DNA of 57,786 bases, the filler included, from Sphacelaria rigidula (taxonomy: Eukaryota): assembly GCA_964200075.2 (NCBI GenBank). It is 7 parts of 7 records of this genome, joined end to end, with 100 filler letters (N's around TTAATTAATTAA, not from the genome) between each part and the next. Parts side by side here need not be neighbours in the genome. Positions count along the whole stretch, not along the records: positions 8,271 to 16,440 come from CAXNAA020012045.1; positions 16,541 to 24,710 come from CAXNAA020012046.1; 5 more parts are not named here. One strand, given 5' to 3'. Position numbers and translations under genes: made by a program. Under the pieces are notes generated by a model. That model saw only the letters and a program-made list of their open reading frames with translations, was not told where the DNA came from and made no database searches. This document shows positions 12,801 through 24,810 of the stretch, piece by piece. Position 1 is the first letter of the stretch. Each line of letters begins with the position of its first letter.

Positions 12801-13010
12801 CTGTTCTTCCATCGTGATGAGCTTCTCCTTCATCGGCCCCAATTCCTCATCTCGCCGGCGCGCGAGCTCGTCTACCCGTCGGGAAAATTCCGTCTCCGCC
12901 CGTTCTCGATCCGCTGCTTCGACCATGAGCTGGCGCTCGAGCGCACTGATGACATCGTAATTGTCGTCCAACTTCTTGTGTAGGTAGTAGTAAACATCGT
13001 TTTGATCCGC
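12801..13010 (-). CDS. CFAP157: CFAP157-like cilia/flagella-associated coiled-coil protein, exon
   Basis: ggcAG|GCG ... CAG|GTACGT, 210 nt, phase 0/0; ADQNDVYYYLHKKLDDNYDVISALERQLMVEAADRERAETEFSRRVDELARRRDEELGPMKEKLITMEEQ. Family assigned from recalled similarity to the CFAP157 N-terminal coil, not from a search. Confidence 0.72.
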
Positions 13011-13392
13011 CTGCCATACAATATGTTTTCGTCGACGAGAAGAATATTATCCTTTCAACATGAATGTGGAGGATGTAAGTGAGGGTTCATTCGGAACAAA
13101 TTTCAGCAACATGGATCCCGCAGAAAGTTTACGTCCGACGAGTGCGTGCAGTATTATTACAAGTCAACCTCCGAGTATCATCCTAGTACCAGCCATTTCC
13201 TTTTTCTCGTTTTTTTCTTCTCTTCCCGCCTGTTTGGTTCTTTCTTCCAGCAGCTGGTGGTGGAGAGTTTCGTAGGCAAGGTGTGTGAGGTATGTGCTGT
13301 CCTAGCGGTGGCGTCGTCATTCATTTTTATGCCATCAATGTGTTGCTTTGACTGAACGATGAACCCACTGCCTCCCCTGCTTCATCATTCGT

Positions 13393-13646
13393 GACAGTGT
13401 CTACGATAGCCTCCCCCCCCTACACACCAGCTCAAAAGTGTCACGAAAAAAATGGCCATACAGCGCCTGATGTTTGGGTTCATGCTGCATGAAGCGCCTC
13501 ATATTGGCAACAACGGCGAGAACGAACCCAAGCGTGGGGATTCCCAGCTGCTCGTTGTGCTCGGCTTTTCCCATTTCGATTTACGTGAAGATTTTGCCTC
13601 TCAAAACCATGCACTTTTGGGGGGGGGGGCTATCGTAGGAAGTGTC
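13393..13646. mobile_element. MITE family B
   Basis: TIRs gacagtgtctacgatagcc(c)n / (g)nctatcgtaggaagtgtc; interior homologous, in reverse orientation, to 18700-19130. Confidence 0.8.
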
Positions 13647-15534
13647 CATAACGTCTTCGTTTTGTTTGGTGTACGGGTGGATAAGGGATGCTACGATGGG
13701 GTGGGGGGGTGCTTTGGGCCGTTTCTCCCGCGTAATTCCACTTCAAATCGTCGTTGAAAGCAGCAAGGTTTGTTTCAGCGCGTTTGTTACCAATAAGATA
13801 CACTCATTTACACCACTTGACACCATTTGCACCCAAACAGAGGCGTACCGCGAGTAGTTAGGTCGTGTGACACACCTGTGAGCCCGCTTTTTTCGTGTAA
13901 TCGAATCCACTCCCCCCCCTCTGTCGCAGCATCACTTGCATGTGTTTTGTCGTGCACGGCCTTTTCCACCTCAAGCCATGATCCAGGGACCGGTGTTTCT
14001 TATTTTTACGTACTTTTTCACTTGTTTGTTTATGCGTCTACATATCTTCATATCTTCATTCCATTTTTTTATTTTTATTTATGGTTTCCTTCATCCATGC
14101 ATTTGTTTATACATTCACTTTTTACTTCTAATATTATTTTTACACCGGGGCCGTTACTCATTTTCTTTCGTTCTCCGTTTTCTCTCCGTGCCTTCCGTTC
14201 TTCCTGCATGGTTTGTTCTTGCTAGGGTTTTCATTTCTTGAGTTTCTTAGGCGAGCTTTTCTCGTTTTGTTCACCTTCGGTGCGCCTATCGGAGATCACA
14301 CCACTTGATGTGCCAGAATCAATCAATCCGTGAATCGATCAACCCACTCTCAAAACCTCGAGCAAACGATCGCCGATTTTGTCTCTCCCGTACAGTGGTG
14401 GGCCCAGTCTGTCAGGTGTTACGCAGGAGAAAGTAGCCCGAAGCGTCAATCAAGATCAAGTCGTGGCGTTTTGTTTTATGCGGGGGGCATTTTCCCCGCT
14501 GTTTTTGTAGCTTTGATCTGAACGACGGAATAGTCAGCCAATGCACCTCGAACAGACGTCGAAGCCCCTAGCCATAGAAACAATATACCGTGTCTTATCT
14601 CTGCAGATTTTCGACTAGTGCGAACGGTACAGCGTCGCTGACAATACAAATGAGACTATCGTGGATACCCTGTACACGACCGATGTAGTTGCCATCATCA
14701 TATGGTGAATTCCTTTCCTTAGCTGTAAGCGGTCATGCTCTCCCGGGATAGTTGAGAACGCACTCCAGCTCGTAGATGTCAGATCTCGCCGATAAGAAAC
14801 CNNNNNNNNNNNNNNNNNNNNNNNNNNNNNNNNNNNNNNNNNNNNNNNNNNNNNNNNNNNNNNNNNNNNNNNNNNNNNNNNNNNNNNNNNNNNNNNNNNN
14901 NNNNNNNNNNNNNNNNNNNNNNNNNNNNNNNNNNNNNNNNNNNNNNNNNNNNNNNNNNNNNNNNNNNNNNNNNNNNNNNNNNNNNNNNNNNNNNNNNNNN
15001 NNNNNNNNNNNNNNNNNNNNNNNNNNNNNNNNNNNNNNNNNNNNNNNNNNNNNNNNNNNNNNNNNNNNNNNNNNNNNNNNNNNNNNNNNNNNNNNNNNNN
15101 NNNNNNNNNNNNNNNNNNNNNNNNNNNNNNNNNNNNNNNNNNNNNNNNNNNNNNNNNNNNNNNNNNNNNNNNNNNNNNNNNNNNNNNNNNNNNNNNNNNN
15201 NNNNNNNNNNNNNNNNNNNNNNNNNNNNNNNNNNNNNNNNNNNNNNNNNNNNNNNNNNNNNNNNNNNNNNNNNNNNNATCCGACACGATGATTCAGATGG
15301 CGCTAGCTGCACCCGTCATGGTTCTCGGGTGCACCATCGCTGGCCGCCTTCTCCGGAGGGTCATGAGGTGAGCAGAGCGTTACTGTGCACCATTTGGTGG
15401 CGGCAAGCTGACGGGGGGGGAGCGCGAAAAGTACCCAATGGCGTGACCGTTTTGCAGGAAGAAGTATCCAGCGCTCGAACAATACAGAAACGCGGGCGAT
15501 ACCGCAGTAGGCGCTCGCGCACACGCGTGGTGAT

Positions 15535-15830
15535 GCGTGTTGATTGATTGATCGATTGTCGCACATGAAGTGCTTCCCGAAAGACCCAGCCGTGGTCATC
15601 GTCCACAACATGGACGAAGCCAAGCTGAACGAAACGGAAACGCTCGCTAAAGAAGAAAAATGAGGGAAAGTAACAACAAGATAAAACAAACGCACCAAGT
15701 ACACTGGGAAAAAAAGAGTAAGGTAAACCAAACAAGAACGAGGAAAAGAGGAAACATGCAGAAAAGGGAAAGGAGACAGGCAGAGAAGAGCTTGAAAGAA
15801 ACTGAAGTCTACTTGGTGAAGGACTTGTCG
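15535..15830 (-). mobile_element. LINE 3'UTR remnant
   Basis: Minus strand ends atgaccacggctgggtctttcgggaagcacttcatgtgcgacaatcgatcaatcaatc. Confidence 0.55.
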
Positions 15831-16440
15831 CATCACTGCGTCTCGCAAACGGTGTCTTAGAAACAGCAGCCTCGTCCACTACCGTCAGTAAACACGGGCT
15901 GCCTTCACAGTGACTGCTGGTGAGCCCGGCGTTGGCATTGCATTCTCCGTTAATGACTCACGAGATTTGCGGGAAAAGATCCCCGACCATTACGTTGAGT
16001 TTGGGGGGTCTGAGCATGATTGAAAGAAGCCATGTCTGAAAATAGTGCGTGTTCCTCAGACATTCGGGAAGGTACCGTATGCTCGCGATGAGTGCGCCCG
16101 AGGGGTTACCGAAGTGATTCGGTCGACCACGACGGAAACCGAAAAAACTTGACAGATTTGTTTTTCTCCTCGCTATCGCCTGTGTTGTTGCACGATCCCT
16201 GGAATCGGTAGGACGTTGTCAGCCGCTTCATATTTCTTGGAGTGTCACAGACGATCGTGTTGAACAGTAGCGTGTTTGCCATGTTGCTCCTTCATGACTG
16301 CGTTTAGGTAGCCCCACACCCGGATTCGGCTCCCTCAACCTGTACGATCGAAGCACCCCCCCCCCCCCCCCCGACCCCCACCAACAACACCCACCCCCCC
16401 CCCACCAGACCAGCCCCCCCCGGCCCAAAAACCCCCCCCC

Positions 16441-16540
16441 NNNNNNNNNNNNNNNNNNNNNNNNNNNNNNNNNNNNNNNNNNNNTTAATTAATTAANNNN
16501 NNNNNNNNNNNNNNNNNNNNNNNNNNNNNNNNNNNNNNNN
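16441..16540. other. Artificial contig linker
   Basis: N44-TTAATTAATTAA-N44. Confidence 0.98.
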
Positions 16541-16596
16541 TGTTGCTTGCCTTAGTCGTTTGACTATTGACCACGAGTCCCTTTCGAGACGGAGCA
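16541..16596 (-). repeat. 65-nt repeat copy cut by the contig edge
   Basis: tgttgcttgccttagtcgtttgactattgaccacgagtccctttcgagacggagca is the reverse complement of 8032-8087 with a few mismatches. Confidence 0.85.
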
Positions 16597-17739
16597 CCGT
16601 TCCTACTCCTAATGGAGACACCTCCAACATTCTGGCGCACATTACGGGAAGGAAGTGATTGTTGGGAGAGCGCTACGCCTTGCTGGGCGTTACAACGTTA
16701 CAAATCATAGATTTAACGCTGTCGCTGGTATCATACTCGCACGGATGACACCATGCGCCCTTTTATCTCTTCATCTGAACGACAGAACAACCCTGCTCGA
16801 GCATGGTTGGCAGGTGTGCTCCAACGTCTGTAGTTGATATGTCATTCGAGGTGATGAAAGCCTCGAACAACCTGCACTCCTTTGCCTGAATGAAAGGCAT
16901 TCTTCTACTCTGGAAAATTGTTCCGGAACCATCAAACTTGAAACAAGCAGCCCTCGGGCATCCCTAGCGCCAACGGACGATAAACTTGTATCTGTATCTG
17001 CAGTGCTACACTCAAACACGTCCTTACTCTTCCACCATGCTCCTGTTCCAGCAACTTGTGGGGTCGGACAATTCGGACCTCGAACACGCGCTGTTCTCCT
17101 TTCGGTGACGTCTGTGTTGTCTTCCGAAACACTTCGCAACTGGCACTTGATCACTTCGCGAACCACACCGAGAAGCTATTTGTTGTTGCTTCGGAGTCGA
17201 CTCGGACGTTCCCCCGCTGAAGTGGGATCGCTACTCTCCTCTGCTTGGTTCGAGGGCTTGATCATCGCTCTGCAGGTGATGATTAATTTGAACTGTCCGC
17301 CGATAAGCTAGGGTTTTCGGTGACTAAGGACTGACCCAGGGAACCCCTGTTCGTTGGCAAGGACTTGTCGCCCGACAACGTGAAAAGAAGGCGAGGAACA
17401 AAATGAGTGAGCAAGGATGGGTCGTTAGCATGTTATCAGTTCGACGGTTACACTAAGGTGGGTTGGACAAGTACCTGGATATCTGCCGCTGATGGGCTGG
17501 AGGAGTGCATCAGGATTGGGGGAATGAGAGCGTGATCCAAGCCTCTGAAAGGAGGATATAAGAAAGAGAAAGAAAATATGAAGCAGCATACCGAGGACGA
17601 AGGCGTGAAACTCCTACTGAACAACGGCTAGTCGGTGAGAAATGGAAGCGACGTTCTCTTACTTTACTGAATGAAACATTGCCGACTTTGATCGAAACAT
17701 CATCTAGGATATAGCGCCACGACCGAGAGCGATGTCACA

Positions 17740-18125
17740 AAGCTGCGCATTATCAGACGGTGTCAGCGACGCTATTGGAACGGTCGGCGACACTTTCGAC
17801 ACCGCTGCTGATACTGCCGTCACTGCCGTCAACACCTCTGACATCGCCAATAACACTTCCTGCACTATCGCCGACACTTCCCATACTATCGGCGGCATCG
17901 TCTGAATTGTCGGCGGCACTATCGGCACTATCGGAGATGTCAGCGACACCGTCAGAGTGTGGTCGATAGCATCGGCAATATCACCGATATTTCCCACAGC
18001 TTCGACCGGGTCGGGAGTGAGTGAGGGTCAAAAAGTGTCGACGAAAGTGTCGCAAATGTTGGGGACATTATCGAACGTGACGGCGGCAGTGTCGGCAGTG
18101 TCGGTGACACTATCGGACCCCACCA
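17740..18125. repeat. Degenerate short-unit repeat with inverted halves
   Basis: Recurring gacact / atcggc / gccgac units, which switch to the complementary agtgtcg units after ~18030. Confidence 0.55.
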
Positions 18126-18699
18126 CCATGACACTTTGAGGCCCGTTAATCTTGGATACACAGGAGGTGCACTTAGATCTATGGCTAAAGGCAAAGCAAT
18201 GGGAGCGGCTGAAATACGTGCTGGACTTCTCGACCTTGGAATAATCCGGGACCCTCCGGAGATCCTGTAACACATACACAGCATCGTCGCTGCTGTTTGG
18301 ACTCCTGGTGAGGTGCCGCACGAAGAGGAATATAGGACATAGTGTGGTGACCATAAGGGCAGTTCCCTCGTGGCACGCATGGGTGAATAGCGTCTCCCTT
18401 GAATCGTAGCCAACAGGCTCGGTAGCTTCTGCGGGAAGGCAGGGATTCTCCCGGGAAAATGGTGCAGATCCCAGCGCAAATGATCGATCACCCACATGAT
18501 GTTCATAAAACGCCGTAGGAGTTGGAACGGGCGAGAAATATCCCACAGAGCATGTGCTCAACCGGCAGAAGGCGTAGATTCTGTAGATGGCATGCCCCTG
18601 TGGATAGTTCTTGCCAGTTTAGGAATTCTGCCGTCGACGATCACGGCCATCTAAATATTTCATGATGGCATGCGAGCTTCGATACAGCTGGATAGTGGC

Positions 18700-18920
18700 G
18701 ACACTTTCTACGATAGCCCCCCCCCAAAAAATGTGGCTGGTTTGGGGGAGCATAATTTACACTTGAATCGAAATAAAAAAGCCGAGCACAACGAGCAGCT
18801 GGGAATTTCCACGCTTGGGTTCGTTTTCGCCGATGTCGTTCATATGGGGCGCTTCATGAAGCCTGAAACCAAACATCAGGTGCTGTATGACCATTTTTTT
18901 CGTCACAGTTTTGGGCTGTG

Positions 18921-18952
<32 letters not shown>

Positions 18953-19064
18953 GGTGTGTGGGGGGGTTGGGGGGGGGGTGTGGGTGTTGTGGGGGCGTGG
19001 GGGGGGAGGCGGGCGGNNNNNNNNNNTTTGTTGTTTCTGGGTGGGGTTGGGGGGTGTTTTGGGT

Positions 19065-19113
<49 letters not shown>

Positions 19114-19130
19114 CTATCGTAGAAAGTGTC
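18700..19130. mobile_element. MITE family B inserted in the RTE RT domain
   Basis: Perfect TIRs gacactttctacgatagccc / gggctatcgtagaaagtgtc; probable 7-bp TSD tagtggc/tggtgga; the internal poly-G is low-quality sequence. Confidence 0.85.
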
Positions 19131-20092
19131 TGGTGGACTAGCAGAGTGGTTTCGCGTCTGCCGGAGACTCAGGCAAGGATGCGTCTCATCCCAGCTGCTG
19201 TAGAAGAACTTCGGCGTAGCTCTGTTCGACGTAATCGTACAGCGCTTGGCGGTAGATTCTGCCATCGTCTCCGACTTGATATATGTCGATGGTACACCGG
19301 AAAATAGGAATGGTAAGCCTGTACAAGAAACACCGCTGGAGAGAGTGGGGTGCACGATATAGACAATAGTGTTCGCGGATGACACCGGGATAGCCTCGAC
19401 ATCCGCTGACGGGCTTGCTAGGGTGATGACTGGGATAGTGGTGGTTTGCCCGGAGTTCGAACTAACGATATGAGAGCACAAGACTGAGTCGATGTACCTG
19501 TGGTCAGTACCCAGCTACCCAGAGACTACACTCGCGTGGAGGCAGAAGATAAAATAAGCAAACGGCCGAGTTTATCTACCTTGAAGACGCTGTCAACGCA
19601 GATGCGAATTTTGGTGCCGAAATCAAGGGCCGCATCAGTGCTGTGTGGGCACGCCTCCGAGAATACAGTTTCCAACTCCACGATCGGCGCAACGCCCAGC
19701 TCCCTCTAAACCTCCCTTCGCGCAAAATGGAGGTGGTGGAAGCTATACTACACAGATGTGCTACACGAACGCTGCGCCCGGACATCGAAAGACTGCGCAT
19801 TTCCCATCGCATGTTTCTCCTGCGATAAGTTGGCCTAGGAAAGATCGCAGTGGACGCATGACCCGTTCGGAGCCGTACTTTAGGTGATCCAATGCAAGCG
19901 TATCGTGACGAGTATTGGCAAGCGTCAACTTTGGTTAGCGGGTTTTTTTTTCAGACAGGATGGAGCACCTCTTCCGAAGCGGATCATGTTCGAACGGCTG
20001 GCTGTAAAAGGCCAAGGGAAGCTGGGTGGCTTCTGAAACGTTGGAGGGGCCGCCTCAAGCAGAATCTGTTCCTCAGGGGCTATACCATGCAA

Positions 20093-20336
20093 GTGGTCAT
20101 GCCACGGGGGGGTTTCACATTGGGACCCAGATGTTTCTCGTTGAGAGGTTCTCAAACTTTGGATTAACACAAAAGTATGGGTCAGGAGCTTCCCGTTTGG
20201 AACTCTATTCGAGATATTCCTAGCCCATTGGAATGCTAATCGTCACATGTTTCATCAATCGCTTTTGGGGTGAGATACAGGGCTCCTAACAATTCAAACC
20301 CGAGGAGAACATTTTGCACCCCTATCTTAGCACCAC
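20093..20336. mobile_element. MITE family C, old copy inserted in the RTE
   Basis: Reverse complement aligns to 42941-43196 (ggg.ttgaattgttag, gaaacatgtga, ttccaatg, aaacggg); eroded TIRs. Confidence 0.6.
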
Positions 20337-22781
20337 TTTAAGCGAGGTCCATGGAGGCAGATTTTCTACGGTATGGAGAGCAAAGGCTTGCAAGATTGTA
20401 CCACTGTCTCGAAGAACGCGGGTAAAGGGCACCTGAGGGTCGAGGTAGGGGCGAAGCACTTCGGGAGGCGTAATGATGCGAAGGTCTATGTCAATCCGAC
20501 CTGCGTCGCAAGAAAGAGGCAGTTGCGCCGCCAATAGAAGGGTCACCACCGCCGCCATAGCAGTACAACAACAGCAACAGCCCATGTGCAATTCGCCGTG
20601 GAAATCGTCCAGAGATTGACCAGCATTGCCCGAAACTAGGGATGAACGGAAGAGGTGGAGGTAGCCCGTATCCCCTTCTTGTACTATCGATTGTTGACTT
20701 ATTTCCTTGGTTTGTGACTTTATCCATGTTCCTGTAGACGTATGTTCTTCTTTGCCTTTGTCACCGGGTCCCTCCTTTTATTCCTTCCTACCTTCCCTCT
20801 CTTATTGTTGCTCTTGTTCTTGTTCTTGTTCTTGTTCTTTCCTCACTTTCCACCTCCCTTCGTTGCGTTTTTTGTTTTCTTCCTCCATTCATTTATTGTG
20901 CACCTCCTGCATGAGACTTCCTGCCCAACTAGTGTGGTCCTCAGATATTTGAGTCACAACCTGCTTCCATTGTCTTGTTTTGTTCTGTTCTAATACGACT
21001 TCCTTACCTCAAGTCATACGGTAGGAGCCCGCCGGATTTTTCGTCTTCTCTCCCCTTCCTTCCTTCCTTCCTTTTTTTCTTCAAGTTTTGTTTTCTGCTA
21101 CTACATCTCATCTTGGCGGTAGGGAGAAACCTAACCCAATACTTACCCTGTAAGCGGGTTCGTGTACCGATTCCCCGGAGGCTTGGCTAGACTGGCTCGC
21201 GGCAATCCTGTGGGGTAGGCACCTCGAGCGTTCGCAAGCTTTGGTCAAGGCGGTGGGGGGGCACCGCACACTTAACCCCCCCTGTTAACTTGGCGCAGTG
21301 CACGCGCCGCCATGCTCTTATGAGCTTCGGTCCTAGGAGGGGATGCTGTTGTGCTTGGTGTAGGGGGGTAACGTGGGCGGGTGTCCACGCTCTTCAATCA
21401 AACAAAAGCGCACAGTGCGACGTGCACACTTGTTGTTCCGACATTTACCGTTGGGTGAAAGTACAACACGCGTGGTGAACGGAGTGCTCGCGCTATTTTT
21501 GAGGGGTAGCGTCACAAAACCCATTGAACAATGGAAACGTTCTTGGTTCTCGGTCAGGATTGATGAACGCGCGTGGCTTCAGAGATATGATCCGATCGTG
21601 TGTATTTGAAAAGCCAAGGATGCGTGCGATGTTTTCCGAGGTTGGCGTTTCCCACGGCGAGGACACGAAGCTTTTCAAAAATATTGTCGCTCGAGGTTTC
21701 TGATGTAGAAAAAAGATTTGTTGCTGTGGTACTGAGACAATGTTCCGAGAACGGATGTACAATAGTGCCGATTTCCGATGCTTCCAAAACCGGGGATGAT
21801 CGACACGGTCGGTACGGAAATACGTATCAACATACAAAGTACACGTGATCGACCGGGTCAAGAAATATCACGCATGCCCACTCGGCACAAGTTCCGCATG
21901 ACCGTCTTCTGAATCAGACGTTTGAAGTGAAACTCTCATGTGACCATGTCCAAACAGGCACAAGTCTCGCATGATTATCTTCGAATCGCGCTGGAAATGT
22001 ATTCTCACGAGATATACTACTTTTGCACCGGGCATCACTCTCACGTGATCATCTTCGAAAGGGACGACGAAAGAGTTACCTTTATCTGACCACATTTACT
22101 TGGTCTAGGAAAAGAAGCATCTGAAAAAGACACACGCAGTGTCAGTCATGCGAGAGACCTTGGCTGTTTTCAGCGTACACTATGATACCTACTTTTTATC
22201 TATATAGGTCGACGGGAGCTCTCACTCATTCATTCCCATAGACACGTGGGAGATACAGCGGCGTGCGCGGCGTACGCCGACATACATCGGATGCTTCCGT
22301 GGCTGAGTGTGGTATTTATTAGGTTTGCAGGATCCAGGCTTTTCTTCGGCATTCCCTGATCAATTGTTCAACGCACATACATGCAGTCGAAGGCGATGTC
22401 CTTGTATTTCGATTGACTACGTCCATCACTAGGAGGACATGCCTTATTACCCACGGGCCCGACTATACGGGTCGTTATTCCTCCCAGCCACTGTTTGAAC
22501 GCGGAGAATAATAGGAGGTCTGAAAATGCTCGAGTTTCTTCTTTTCCAGACCTCAACTAGTGAAAACGGCCGTATGTACTCTGCACGCGTCTTGTCGCGT
22601 GGGGAACCCTACACTTCCGAACAAACGCCAAAACTTGTCATTTAAATTCCTGGCGGTCGCTTCTCCCTCCCCACTACACCCCCAGATTCCACAATTTCTG
22701 CCAAAAAGAGGTGGTTGCGCGAGACGGCACTAGCTTGAGATATACGGAATGGCCTCAAACTCTACGGCTTTACATATCTAG

Positions 22782-23057
22782 TAAAGTTTTCGTGAAATTG
22801 AGAATGAAAAACGGTCAATTAGTGAACAAGCCGTTTCAGTTCCGACATGCACCTCCACCTGGCCCAATATTATCTCTGTAGTAGCTTGCCACTGAGGTCC
22901 TCGATACCCCTGAGTAGGATATCAACGTGTAGCTGGAAGCACATGGCAGTGATGAGACGACAAAAAGTACCCACGGAATGAAAAATTAGCCAAGTTAAAG
23001 CGAATGATCAAAACCACTCTCAGTCCGCACCCAATTCTCAATCTCACGAAAACCTTG
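22782..23057. mobile_element. MITE family D (P-superfamily-like ends)
   Basis: TIRs taaagttttcgtgaaattgagaat / attctcaatctcacgaaaaccttg; 8-bp flanks atatctag/ttatctat match 6/8; a further end copy lies at 25856-25879. Confidence 0.6.
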
Positions 23058-23499
23058 TTATCTATGGCTGTGAAGTGATCCCACGGGTAAGTCGGCGGGC
23101 TTCATGCGGCTGAATTTCTGACAAAATGTCCCGCAGCGTCCAGATGTCCTGCAGTATGCATCTCCTGTCGACGGCGGCCACGTGTCCAGAGGCCAACCCC
23201 CCGCCTCGCTGGCCAGATGCTACGAGCTTCAATCGGTCGCTGCACCCACAGTTTTCGAGGCGGTTGGGATTCTGGTGGTCAGTACAGATCATCGCCCAGC
23301 TGCTGTGCTGGTTGTTTTGATTGTATGAGGCGCAGAGAAAAAATGCACAGGTCGTGTGCACACGTGCACTGCTTCGTGCCGGCGTGTTGGCCAAACCAGA
23401 ACTTGTGTACGCTGGCCCACTTTTCGCCGCCATCTGGACGACCTGCATATAGTACTAGCCCCAGAACATACCACACAAGCTGGGATGCCGCCATTGTCG

Positions 23500-24125
23500 C
23501 GAGTTTAACTTGAATATTCAAGATGAAAACTGACGGTTCGAGTTGAGGGTCACGATTTCAATTCGAGCCTTCAATGCGCAACTTGAGTGTCTGAGCTTCA
23601 ACTTGTACCTTCATATTGAGGTCCCTACCCTCAAGTTGGAGCGCGGACTTTCAACTTTTCAAGTTGAGGCTTCAACTTGAAGTCTCGCCTCTCGCGCTGA
23701 AGCTTCCGACACTCAACTTGACTGTCCAATGTGCAACTGCAAGCTTCAACTCGAACCCTCACTCCAAAGGCCCACCTTCGACTAACAACTTCTACGTAGT
23801 GGCTAACCTTTAGGTTGACGTCAAAGCCGCAGCGTTCATGTTGAAGCTTCAAGCCAATGATTGGCCTTTACATTGAAACTTCAACTTTTCATCGGCCTAC
23901 GAGTTGATCCTCTCATCTGGTGGTTCGACTCTTCAACTTGACGACTCAAGTGGAAAGCCTAGGCCTCGACTTGAAAACCCACGCTCATATCTTAGACCGA
24001 GGCATTCAAATTGAGGGTACCGACTCTCATCTTGAACCTCCGATCGTCAACTTGAACCTTCAGTCGAACCTGTATCATTTACGGTGAACCGCAGGCTCTC
24101 AACTTGAAGCTTCAATTTGAACTCG
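23500..24125. repeat. Degenerate satellite-like tract
   Basis: Many iterations of (t)tcaacttga / ttgaagcttcaa motifs. Confidence 0.6.
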
Positions 24126-24596
24126 TTTTATTAGCGAGTTTCGCACGAATCACCATTGACCAAGGCGTACTGTACTAGGCACGTGCATTTTTGTTTCCGA
24201 TGCGGTCTCAGGATTTGGGTAGAGCCCAAGGAGCTATCGTCGCCGCACACATCACCCCGAGCCTGAGTAACCATTTGTATTAATACCTTCACACGACCAG
24301 GTGCTTCGTCATATATCCTGTCGACTGCATTAGAGTGGACAGTATATACTATACATCTTGCTACATAACGGGATGCTATACGGTATGCAGAGCAGCTCGT
24401 GCTAGTGATAACCGACCAACATGCTTCACCCGTTGACTACAAGGCAGTCAATTAGAGGCCATGCATCCCACTGCGGAAGTTTTGTGTCTCGGTTTCATAT
24501 ACACTCCTCCTGCGGTAAAACTCCACGAACGCTTCGCAGTCAAAGGAATAAACGTTGTTAATAACCATTGTAATTATGAACTGAACCGAAAATTGG

Positions 24597-24626
24597 AAAC
24601 GCCTAAGGCAAGCAACAAATGAGTAC
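24597..24626 (+). repeat. 65-nt repeat, truncated copy
   Basis: aaacgcctaaggcaagcaacaaatgagtac followed by poly-C. Confidence 0.8.
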
Positions 24627-24710
24627 CCCCCCCCCCCCCCCCCCGGCGTACCCCCCACACGAAAAAACCTGAGCCCCTCGTCTCTCGCTGTGCCCGGCCA
24701 GACAACAAAA

Positions 24711-24810
24711 NNNNNNNNNNNNNNNNNNNNNNNNNNNNNNNNNNNNNNNNNNNNTTAATTAATTAANNNNNNNNNNNNNNNNNNNNNNNNNNNNNNNNNN
24801 NNNNNNNNNN
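24711..24810. other. Artificial contig linker
   Basis: N44-TTAATTAATTAA-N44. Confidence 0.98.

Larger units (their letters stand above)
18140..21120 (+). mobile_element. Decayed RTE-clade LINE (RT domain to 3'UTR) carrying two MITE insertions
   Basis: Frameshifted remnants in canonical order: ALRSMAKGKAMG, IVANRLGSFC, FHDGMRASIQLD, EWFRVCRRLRQGCVSS, IVFADDTGIASTSADGLARVM, EFIYLEDAVNADA, and C-terminal GKGHLRVEVGAKHF. 3' boundary approximate. Confidence 0.85.

Noticed and set aside
14615..15312. ORFs of X residues
   Set aside because: They span an assembly gap (14802-15278).
18028..19481. Long minus-strand ORFs, including poly-Pro
   Set aside because: Antisense to RTE RT plus low-quality poly-G inside a MITE.
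20322..20591. Minus-strand ORF with an apparent signal peptide (MAAVVTLLLAAQLPLSCDA...)
   Set aside because: It is the antisense of the RTE LINE C-terminal remnant on the plus strand.
21136..21290. atacttacc resembling the U1 snRNA 5' end; GC-rich structured segment
   Set aside because: Similarity stops after 9 nt; no Sm site, U1 stem-loops or HDV-like ribozyme topology found.
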